Source: Stramenopiles sp. TOSAG23-6
Lineage: Eukaryota
Direction: 5' to 3'
DNA length: 47,591 bases
Assembly (NCBI GenBank): GCA_900128565.1
Contig: LT635927.1
Coordinates: 1-47,591 of the forward strand
How positions within the stretch are numbered: the first letter of the stretch is position 1; the number at the start of each line of letters is the position of its first letter. A program made the translations under genes and the position numbers. The notes beneath the pieces were generated by a model. The model was not told where the DNA came from. It saw only the letters and a list, made by a program, of their open reading frames with translations, and ran no database searches. Below are positions 39,240 to 47,591 of the stretch, piece by piece.

Positions 39240-40025
39240 TTATGCATCACTAACAATGGCCAGAATATCTTCCTCGCGGAATAAGAGTAGTTCTGGTTCA
39301 TCATCAGCTGTTGGTAACTTAGTACCACCAAATTCAGGAAGAAACACTTTGTTACCTACTGTTAAACTCATAGGAGCTATGCTTCCATCCATTGTGAGTG
39401 CTCCTGGTCCTACAGCGATGACTTCTCCCTGTGGAAGAGTCTTTTGCGCTGTCTCTGGCAACATGATACCTGTGCTGTAAATAATAGATGAAATCAGAAT
39501 ATGTTCAGTAAAAGATTATGACAAAATATTTGGAAAAAATCCACAAAAAGACACATAATCACGTATATACAGATTGAAATCGTAATATCTGAACCAATCA
39601 CATCATTGGATGTGAATGAATTGGATAGTTATCTCGATATGGCTACTCTAGCGCATGCGTTTACCATTATGTTCATTCAATAAAAATTGTCATTGGTGTT
39701 GACACAACCAACAACAATTTTTACAGGTAGCGAAGCTTGCTACAATAACGATTGGTGATATAACACGCGCAACAATTTCATTGACAGACATGTGAACAAA
39801 ATGAATGACGAACATTTTGATCTGATGTAACTTCCATCAAATATTTGGAAAAAAAATAAAGACGAGCAGTAAAAGCTGCCCGAACACAAACGAAACTCAA
39901 TGAAAGTTGTTTTCAGCAATGTTAAAGAAAATCAACTTACCACCAGCAGTGACTGTCTCAGCCAAAGCTTTCTGTACCAAAACACGGTTTCCTAAAGGTG
40001 CGAGACGGCGAGCGAGGTTAGCCAT
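39240..40025 (-). CDS. HSP10: 10 kDa chaperonin (HSP10/GroES), 104 aa; exons 40025..39941 and 39469..39240
   Basis: Exon 1 (missed by the ORF track) reads MANLARRLAPLGNRVLVQKALAETVTAG. The splice restores TAGGIMLPE, followed by GEVIAVGPG, LPEFGG, FREEDILA. Confidence 0.95.
39470..39940 (-). other. Spliceosomal GT-AG intron in HSP10 (471 nt, phase 1)
   Basis: G|GTAAGT donor and TTACAGCACAG|GT acceptor; removal gives an in-frame, full-length HSP10. Confidence 0.93.
39540..39838 (-). ncRNA. Candidate structured intronic RNA or insertion of unknown class
   Basis: Consecutive hairpins, including a 16-bp stem with two G-U pairs on the transcribed strand (39681..39723), bounded by 16-bp direct repeats. 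No known RNA family recognised. Confidence 0.35.
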
Positions 40026-40165
40026 TGACATTTTTAGTTACACAAACTTCGTTAGTTACTAATCAAAAGGACGCAGTAAACAAACACACAAAGGTAGAAA
40101 GGGCTAAGGGCGCACTGACACCACACAAAAGTCACACAAGTCACGTTTTGACCAAATTTAGAAAT

Positions 40166-40205
40166 TTTTGCCACGTGTCGTGTCGCCAAATTTTGCCACG
40201 TGTCG
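40166..40205. promoter_or_regulatory. Duplicated G-box-like element TTTTGCCACGTGTCG x2 in the HSP10/CLU divergent spacer
   Basis: Exact 15-bp copies at 40166..40180 and 40191..40205, each containing CACGTG. Confidence 0.5.
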
Positions 40206-40338
40206 GCCAACTTCACGGTTTCATAAACTAACGGGTACCTAAAATGGCAGTCACAAGTAATATTTTTTTTTCAAAAGACAATGTCAAATCATTCTTGATT
40301 TACAAAAATTTCCAATTTACAAAATGCTGGAATAGAAT

Positions 40339-43300
40339 ATGGATAGCATGAGCAACGAGGTTATTTTAGACTCTCCAAATAGTATATCATCTTGGATTGA
40401 TGGTGTTGTCGAAGTTGATTCTACAGATGATGAGTTTGATAATGGATTTGACACTGGTGACAACTCTTCAGATAAAGAACAACTAAAAAGAAACGTTCCT
40501 CAAAAGAAACCTGGAAGATCTGGTTCAAATTTTGCAGTTGGTGCTACTAAGCTGTCGAAGAATGACCCTAGAGCCTTGCTTCTTTCTACACGACCATATT
40601 TTGTCCACGGTGCTGGAATAGACTCTGCAAATGGCAAATATACATTTGACCCTGATAGTGAGGTAGACTTTATGAATACTTCAAAATTTAAACGAAGATG
40701 GTATCAGGAAAAAATATCAATTATTGATGATTCCAATAGTGGCGGAAATATTTACGAGCTCTTCGAGTTACTTCGAATTGGAAGGTGTAAATGGGTTTTT
40801 CGTGTCCATACAAATAATTGTGCAACAAGTAAACTCACAGAACTTAAAAATTTCAAAGTAGAAAACTTTGATTGTCACGTTGATCTATACATGTGTGATA
40901 ATCCATCACCACTACCTCCACATGTTGGATGGACATCTTTGAGCCCTCAATATGAACCAGCGCCAATTTTTGTGCAGGAGTCTGGCTATGACCTTGTCAT
41001 ACGTCATATTCAAAAATGTTCTGAAGATCCACAACAGATTTCGACTCTCCGGCGCCGTACTAGTATTGAAACTCAAAATGAAGTTAAAAGTTCTGTCAAA
41101 GATATGAATAGTGATACCCAATCTTTCGTAGCAACATCTCGAATTGTGTCAAGTGAATATACTACGTATGAACCAAATAAAACTTCAAATAATGGTACAA
41201 GTATTAGTAGTAATAACTCTTCACCCGTTGGTGTTTTTGATGGATATACTACTTATGAAACAAATATTTCTCAATCTGATGTTTTCACTGAAAGTACATA
41301 TGAAAGTACCTTACACGCTAAAAAAGATACTTATATTACATATGAACCTAGTGGTTATAGTAGTACAGTTACAACAAGTACAAATGAAAGAGATACGATA
41401 CATTATAAACATGAATTAAGTCAAAAACAAAGCAAACCTGAAGATGATTTAAAAAGAGTCAATTTTAATGCACAATTTCAAAGTGCACTTGAAATGCCTT
41501 CTGAAACAAGACAACAAAAATTGAAAAAGTTTCAAAGATTAACTGAAATTACCCAGAATTTCATTTTTCTGGCAAGAACTTATGCAAAAGTAATTATTCT
41601 TGAACAATTCCTTGCACCTGATAGTAGAACAATTATGCGGAATACAAAATCAATAGGAGGTATCGCTGGCGGAGAAAAATTTATAGTAGGTGATATATTC
41701 TTCAAGGCTGCTAATGTTTCTACTGTGTACAACGGTAGTTACGAATTCGGTGCAAAAGCTCTTGCCAATGATCTTCTGGGCTGTGAACATGCTTTCAATG
41801 CGGAAATTGACGGACTTCATTTCGCGTTACAAGTTGTGATTGACTACCTTGGTCATCGATTGCAAGCGCAAGCGTTGCTACCGATAAAATCAACAAATCA
41901 AGATCCGCAGAAAGGAGTTAATAATAGTACATTAGAGCTGGGTTCGTCGAATGGTTTATGGACTATTGCAAGTCCCTCAGGCTTAGCGGAGACAACTGCA
42001 CAACCAATAGAAAAGATGAGAAAGCTTGGAGAAGCGTTAAATCTGGCTCCACATACGGTAATCGAACGCTCCACAGGAAATAGTCATCTAGTAAGTACAG
42101 CAGCTGATTTAGAAGTACACGTAAGTCACGCTGATAGAAGAACATATCTTGTGGATCTCGCGAGACTTTTTCCACCAGAAAGCCCTCAAGCCGTTCCCCA
42201 TCTCAGGTTTAGTCCTATGCTTGCCGGGATGAAAGGAGCGAGTCTTTTCTGTAGACTTCTGCGACCAGAACTTGTTGCGGCTGGGGCAAAACCACTTTCA
42301 TGTGACACGTTCACTGCGTTTTCTACAGGAGATGAAAAAGGTGATATCTACTCTAGTGATGTCCATGACGCAACAATGAGGCTAATTCAAGATGTGATCC
42401 CACGATTAGCGAGAAAATTATCTTCATCAAGTGGTGCGTTAGACCCTATGTGTGTAGGGGAAACTCTTCATAAGCACGGTATTAATTTACGGCATCTAGG
42501 CCTTCTTCGGGCTCATGTCCCACTTGAATGTGGTCAACTTCGACGAGTTCTACTTGTAGAAATGGTCGTTCGGGCACTTAAGCAATTTATGCGTAAAAGT
42601 CAGCGTATCTTAATAAGGTATGAAAAGAAGGTCAGTATGCAACGATGTAGAGAGTTTTGTGCAACAGCGTACAATACTATTTTTGGTGATGGCCCTCACT
42701 CAATTAGTTTCTGGTGTAACGTTGTTGAGCGCGAAGTACTGTTGAGATTTGGATGGCTTGCGTTTGATGTTGACGAAATCGGTAAACTCCGCGACCTCTG
42801 CCTAGAACGATACCAACGTGAAATACTATTTGAACGGTTGCAGTCATCTACGGGAGTTTTTATAGAGTCATCTGCTCGATATTTACTTCAGACAGAATAC
42901 GCCGACAAGCGAGTATCTAAGTGCATTGAAGCAGATATTAAACTTAAACCTGTGGTACGCTTTCAATATATTCACGACTTTTGGAAAGGGATGCTTCTAG
43001 AACTAAGTGCTGAAACAAAACAATCTTGTTGTGATTACACAAGTTCACTAAGGTTACGTGAAGTAGCTATGCCACATTTCAAGGCTGCATTAGACTCAGT
43101 CCCAAATGACTTATATATCATGGATACCTACAAAAAGTCTCTTTCTCGGCTTGTGCAACTTATGATTTTCGTTAATCCAGTAACACTTGAGCGAAGCACC
43201 AACGAAGGCGTGAAATTACATGGACTTATTCCTTCACCCGTTTGTTTACGCCGCCTTACCGGATTATTAACAGGTCGTGAAGGAATTGATAGTAATATAA

Positions 43301-45957
43301 TCTTTATTTTACAACAGGCTTTAAAATCCGGACAATACCATATCGCCTCTGACATTCTCGTGTTCTTGCGACTTTCAACACCAAAAAATGATATTGTTTT
43401 AACTCTAGATTCTCCTATAAATGAAGCAAGTGACACAAAATCTACATCTATCGAGGAAAGTGGAAAATTTGAGTTACCCAAATCGCTTTCACACACAGTA
43501 TCCTCAACAGGATTTATTCTTCCAGCCATATCACCTGGAATTTCTACCAGAACACGGTCTCTTTCATTAAGCTTTAGCCTATCCGACCTATTTCCGATAG
43601 AATCTACATGTGTTCAAGCCGTGTCTCTTTTCTGTGAAGGGTATGTTTGTGGACGAGGTAATGATATTATTCTAAAATTGAAGGAACTCCAGTCTTTGAA
43701 TCAGTGTAATAATATACGAAGTGCAGCAACTTCGAATTCAACGACTCAAGAAAAGACAGAATCATGGAGACCGGAGTCTTTGAAAGTCTTAGAAGAATCA
43801 AATTCAAGTATTACACTTAAAATTGGTGACTTTTCAGACGTCTTAAGTCATAGAACAAATCGATTGAGTAGTATTGCGTGCCAGTTTTGCGTTCGACGTC
43901 TTATTTCATCTTACTTTCGAAAAAGTAGCATCCGGAACAACATCACATTGAACTTGGGAGGAGCCGATATTGGTAGCCTGAAAAATACTTCTGATGTATT
44001 TACACAGCTTCGTCTGAACCGGAATAGCTCGGGCAGTATCGCAAGGTCAAGTTCGCAATTGTCATATAGTCTGTCATATTCTGACGACGACGATTCTATG
44101 AACTTTTTGAAATCTGGTGGCTCTCCTGGTATCGGGGCATTTTTGACAGAAACGCTTCCTTCAATTAAATCTTTAGAAGGTCTTATACTAGATAAAAATG
44201 ATTTAGAAGATGCTGGTGTTATCGAGTTATGCAGTCTTCCAAAAAATATTCAAATACGCTTCACATCTCTAAAACATCTAAGTTTATGGAATAATAGTTT
44301 TGGTAACCGCGGTGCAACAAGTCTTTGCAAAATTTTAAAAAATATGAATAGCTTGACACATCTTGATGTTAGTTACAACAATATAGAAGATAAGAGTATG
44401 ACACAAATTTTTGTAGCTTCCATGCGATCTAGAATGGAGAAATACCCAGGTATGTTACCACTCCGAATAATATTTGAAAACAACAAACTTAAGAGGTTGA
44501 GTACGTTGGAGCCTGAAATAAATTTAACCGAGGATAAACTACAATCTTTATTACAAAAAATCAACCTTTCACCATCGCCGTCAAAGTCACGTTCTAATGT
44601 TCCGTATAGAAGGGGAAGAGTTTCCGTTAGGGAGATTCAAGAAGAAACTTCAAAGAATGAGCGAGGTGCATGTCGTCTGGTGATGCGTCGTGCTATTGAA
44701 CTTGCTGCCGAGAGTGACGAACATGACTACAAAACTCTAAAAGCCTTACTTTCATTGGATTTTGGAAAAGATATCGTTGAAGCGTGTAAACCGAAATTAC
44801 GACAACTGTTTCAAATGTCTGCAGATGGTATTGATACAAGCTTGTATCGCGAAAATTGCATTCTAAGTGTTTTCCAAACTAATGACACAAGTAATCCACA
44901 ACGTACCGGTCTCGTGGACGAAGAGACGACGTCAACTCTTGCACTTGAAAATGCTACTGTCGTACAAACTGTGAGTCCGACAACCGGGCGATGCAAAATT
45001 CAGTGGGCAGGAACAAAGCATCACTCAATTCAATCAAATATAGTTTCCCGAAACACGCCACTAAGAAGTGAAGTAATAGTGATTGGCAGTGCAAACTTTG
45101 AACATATAGTCTTAACAGATAAAATTCCTCGCGTGAATAGCACACAAATAGGCCACGGCTATAGAAACTGTGTTGGTGGCAATGGTGCCAATCAGGCAAT
45201 TATGGCCGCAAAGCTAGGTGCGTCAGTGAAGTTATTATGTAAATTAGGACATGATGAACACGCGGATCAAATTATTGAAAAGTTGAAAAACAATAATGTT
45301 GACTGCACTCTGGTTTTGCGAAACAAAGATCTCACCACAGGCTTATCTTTCATTATTGTAGATCGCACAGGCCATCATAGCACCGTGTTAAATCCAGGAG
45401 CTAACAAATCGCTCTCTGTTGCTGATATTGATCGTGCTAAATATGCTTTTACTACTGCGAATGTTCTTACAATCTCACTGGGGGTTACACTGGCTGTTGT
45501 GCGTGCCTCCGTAAAACTAGCAATTCGAGAGCGTTTAATGTCGGTTCTTCATCTATCTCCAATATTATCTGACACCTCCTTTGACGAAGATCTTCTCGCA
45601 CTACCAAATGTTGTAGTTATTACAAAGGGAGACATGGATAATCTCCTTGGTATAGCAAATATTCCTGCCCTTCCTTTTGGAGTATCTCAAGACAGCAAAT
45701 ATCTAGGACTTACAGCTTTGGTCGAAAAATATGATTTTAAAGTATTAATACTCATAGAACATGGAAGAGCAACGTTGGCTTTTAGTGATGAGAGAGAAGT
45801 AGAAACTGTTGTTGTTCCTAAAACGAAACGATTTGTTGATTTTTCAGGTGCTGCAGAATGTTTTGTTGGATCATTTGCATTTTTTCTTTCTCAAAAGGAA
45901 ACTATCAGTGACGCTGCAAAACACGCAGCTGAGTTATGCAGTAGTGTACAGTGGTAA
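40339..45957 (+). CDS. CLU-domain protein with leucine-rich repeats and a C-terminal degenerate ribokinase (PfkB) domain
   Basis: CLU: FNAQFQ, ARTYAKVIILE, GGIAGGEKF, IFFK, VIDYLGHRLQAQALLPI, ADLEVH, YLVDLARLFPPE, LLRPEL, LHKHGINLRHLG. RI-type LRRs ~44150..44490. PfkB: VIVIGS, GGNGANQAIMAAKLG, KLGHD, PGAN, VDFSGAAECF. Confidence 0.85.
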   Translation: MDSMSNEVILDSPNSISSWIDGVVEVDSTDDEFDNGFDTGDNSSDKEQLKRNVPQKKPGRSGSNFAVGATKLSKNDPRALLLSTRPYFVHGAGIDSANGKYTFDPDSEVDFMNTSKFKRRWYQEKISIIDDSNSGGNIYELFELLRIGRCKWVFRVHTNNCATSKLTELKNFKVENFDCHVDLYMCDNPSPLPPHVGWTSLSPQYEPAPIFVQESGYDLVIRHIQKCSEDPQQISTLRRRTSIETQNEVKSSVKDMNSDTQSFVATSRIVSSEYTTYEPNKTSNNGTSISSNNSSPVGVFDGYTTYETNISQSDVFTESTYESTLHAKKDTYITYEPSGYSSTVTTSTNERDTIHYKHELSQKQSKPEDDLKRVNFNAQFQSALEMPSETRQQKLKKFQRLTEITQNFIFLARTYAKVIILEQFLAPDSRTIMRNTKSIGGIAGGEKFIVGDIFFKAANVSTVYNGSYEFGAKALANDLLGCEHAFNAEIDGLHFALQVVIDYLGHRLQAQALLPIKSTNQDPQKGVNNSTLELGSSNGLWTIASPSGLAETTAQPIEKMRKLGEALNLAPHTVIERSTGNSHLVSTAADLEVHVSHADRRTYLVDLARLFPPESPQAVPHLRFSPMLAGMKGASLFCRLLRPELVAAGAKPLSCDTFTAFSTGDEKGDIYSSDVHDATMRLIQDVIPRLARKLSSSSGALDPMCVGETLHKHGINLRHLGLLRAHVPLECGQLRRVLLVEMVVRALKQFMRKSQRILIRYEKKVSMQRCREFCATAYNTIFGDGPHSISFWCNVVEREVLLRFGWLAFDVDEIGKLRDLCLERYQREILFERLQSSTGVFIESSARYLLQTEYADKRVSKCIEADIKLKPVVRFQYIHDFWKGMLLELSAETKQSCCDYTSSLRLREVAMPHFKAALDSVPNDLYIMDTYKKSLSRLVQLMIFVNPVTLERSTNEGVKLHGLIPSPVCLRRLTGLLTGREGIDSNIIFILQQALKSGQYHIASDILVFLRLSTPKNDIVLTLDSPINEASDTKSTSIEESGKFELPKSLSHTVSSTGFILPAISPGISTRTRSLSLSFSLSDLFPIESTCVQAVSLFCEGYVCGRGNDIILKLKELQSLNQCNNIRSAATSNSTTQEKTESWRPESLKVLEESNSSITLKIGDFSDVLSHRTNRLSSIACQFCVRRLISSYFRKSSIRNNITLNLGGADIGSLKNTSDVFTQLRLNRNSSGSIARSSSQLSYSLSYSDDDDSMNFLKSGGSPGIGAFLTETLPSIKSLEGLILDKNDLEDAGVIELCSLPKNIQIRFTSLKHLSLWNNSFGNRGATSLCKILKNMNSLTHLDVSYNNIEDKSMTQIFVASMRSRMEKYPGMLPLRIIFENNKLKRLSTLEPEINLTEDKLQSLLQKINLSPSPSKSRSNVPYRRGRVSVREIQEETSKNERGACRLVMRRAIELAAESDEHDYKTLKALLSLDFGKDIVEACKPKLRQLFQMSADGIDTSLYRENCILSVFQTNDTSNPQRTGLVDEETTSTLALENATVVQTVSPTTGRCKIQWAGTKHHSIQSNIVSRNTPLRSEVIVIGSANFEHIVLTDKIPRVNSTQIGHGYRNCVGGNGANQAIMAAKLGASVKLLCKLGHDEHADQIIEKLKNNNVDCTLVLRNKDLTTGLSFIIVDRTGHHSTVLNPGANKSLSVADIDRAKYAFTTANVLTISLGVTLAVVRASVKLAIRERLMSVLHLSPILSDTSFDEDLLALPNVVVITKGDMDNLLGIANIPALPFGVSQDSKYLGLTALVEKYDFKVLILIEHGRATLAFSDEREVETVVVPKTKRFVDFSGAAECFVGSFAFFLSQKETISDAAKHAAELCSSVQW

Positions 45958-46525
45958 TTATTATTGGTAGCTTCTTATATATACTGATTGAAGTAATTTA
46001 AATGTAATACAGATATAATCACATTTTTTTTACTATTGTTTTCCAAACTAAAAGATGATAATATCTAAAAAATAATATAATCCGAGATGAATTTTTTTTG
46101 GCCAAAAAAAATTGACCCTAACCCTCCCCGTCCCTAACTGTAAAAAAAATTAAAAAAAATTATTGTTTGATACATTGACCTTCTAGACCACAATCATAGG
46201 GTCATTTCCCACCAAAAATAATGATGATAGCTCAATTATTGATGAATTGTTCATTTGGTGAGTTTTACAGATACACATTTAGATACGTCAAGAGTTTCAG
46301 GGATATTGCATATTTGGAAAAATATTTCACAAAAAATCTAAAAAAATTTGTTACGTAAAAAATTTCCTATAAAAAAATAAATTTGAAATTGAAAAAAAAA
46401 ATGAAAAATATTATTATTTTTTACACTTTCACAAAATCAGTTTTTATTTCAAAATACATTAACCAGTACAACCCCCATCACTAGTACTTTTATTATTGCT
46501 ATTCTAGTTATAACAAACAAGACAA

Positions 46526-47591
46526 CTAAGCAAGATTTTCCATAAATGTGTCAAAATCCATGACATCTTCACTTTCAAGAGTAGACTTTTTTTTTTCCAG
46601 TTTGTCAATTATTTCCTGAATTGGTCCCTTGCGTAGAGAACAATCTTTGATCAACTTGACAAAGTTGACTCTAACGTAAGAATGTGCAGTATCTGCAACT
46701 TTCATCTTCAAATCGAATCTCTTTGACTTTATCTTTTAGTTTCGAAATCGCCTCCTTGATATCATTTTTAGATTTTGCATCTGAGTAGACTTCAGCTAAT
46801 TTTTCATCTAATACACTTTGTACAAACTGCTCCTTCAGCTTTGCTTGTTGATCCAAAGTTGATTTCAGCAATATTATCTGGTGCCTCAATACCATTTTTT
46901 AGGTGCTCTACCTCTGCAATTTGTCTTCACAACTTCTGTTGCAGGCTTCTAATTTTTTTTTGTTGATTCTGTGTGTTGCTGCCATATCTTTGTCTTTGTT
47001 AACATCATTTGGATTAAATGAATTAGGATCAAAACTTCTTCTTTGGTGTACACGTTTTCGGGTTTTGTTGGAGTTATACGTGTTTTTGTCAGGCATTCTT
47101 TCAGTGAACTCAATGCCGTAGTTCACCTTCAAAAACTCGGGAACTTTCTTTGACATTGTTGCAGGCAAATAATAAACACAATTTGGTTTATCGTATTGAA
47201 TGCATGCCTGCTGCGTACTTGAGTTCAAATGAATTCTTAAAAGGTAGGTATGTGGCCCAGCCTGCACATGCGCACCTACCGTGACACCTGTCACCTCAGT
47301 ATACTTGTCATATACCTGTAATGACAGATCATTGGTCGAAATTGTTTTTTTCCCAGACCGGATAGCCTCCTGAAGGGAAAGCGCACTTCATGAATCTTCT
47401 CTCGCTGATTCTCACACAAAAACAACTTCTGCATCAGAATGACTCATACAATTGTCATCAATATCTACATCCATGGCATGATTGGTTGAAGTAGCAGTTG
47501 AAGTAGTATCATTATTAGCAACATCAACAGTCCCAGTCAATGTATGAGAAGTTGGCAATACTTTATTCCAAGTCTTTCTCCTTAATATCTT
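46526..47591 (-). pseudogene. Interrupted ORF of unknown family, 5'-partial
   Basis: One frame runs from the window end to 46671, broken by TGA (47414, 47390), TAG (46910) and TAA. A different frame (46711..46526) carries a protein-like C-terminus. Confidence 0.5.

Noticed and set aside
39494-39606. Box C/D snoRNA (AUGAUGU ... CUGA) in the HSP10 intron
   Set aside because: Imperfect C box, D box overlapping the branch/acceptor region, and no convincing 10-nt or longer rRNA complement seen.
39863-39882. U5 snRNA loop I look-alike (GCUUUUAC in a hairpin)
   Set aside because: The invariant loop is GCCUUUUAC; one C is missing and the long U5 stem and correctly placed Sm site are not evident.
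1277-45199. Many 60-160 aa ORFs antisense to or overlapping the long genes (e.g. 3054..3524, 19771..20178, 29938..30249, 43128..43529)
   Set aside because: Shadow frames of well-supported genes, with no recognisable motifs.
47281-47294. GTGACACCTGTCAC, matching a TALE dimer-type site
   Set aside because: Lies inside the decayed coding sequence, not a promoter; probably chance.
47388-47414. TGA reassignment or selenocysteine readthrough
   Set aside because: TGA is a normal stop in other genes here (9067, 24977), and the same ORF also has TAG/TAA stops and a frameshift.
1-47591. Prokaryotic or giant-virus origin, CRISPR array, rRNA/tRNA genes, intact transposase
   Set aside because: Spliceosomal introns and eukaryote-specific genes (TAF2, TBCD, CFAP45, syntaxin) are present; no repeat-spacer array, cloverleaf, rRNA-like tract or transposase/RT motif was seen.

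Overview
Gene-dense, AT-rich and nearly intron-free eukaryotic nuclear DNA with 23 apparently intact protein genes and a decayed ORF at the right end. CFAP45 indicates a flagellated organism; a heterotrophic stramenopile-like protist is my inference, not a proven assignment. Scattered Ns and a 55-bp inverted copy at the left end suggest a single-cell or metagenome assembly. Recognisable genes: TBCD, a Qa-SNARE, RPB11, RSM22/METTL17, glutathione synthetase, CFAP45, FolD (126-nt intron), TAF2, POP5 and HSP10 (471-nt intron). No rRNA, tRNA, CRISPR array or intact transposon was seen. The main oddities are: (i) unusual domain fusions, namely FHA + degenerate Tpt1/KptA, CLU + LRR + degenerate ribokinase, leishmanolysin + two tetraspanin-like units, 4TM + beta-adaptin ear, ARIP4-like SNF2 + two Zn-ribbon/BRCT-like units, WWE + 2x Dpy-30 + IQ, NWE-like motif + calcyphosin, and cyclophilin + polytopic membrane domain; (ii) a hairpin-packed ~300-nt segment bounded by 16-bp direct repeats inside the HSP10 intron; (iii) almost strict strand alternation, with ~300-bp divergent spacers rich in TGAC/GTCA motifs; (iv) a TALE homeobox locus whose two halves do not join in frame by the obvious splice. 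All family calls come from motif recognition by eye; no searches were run.
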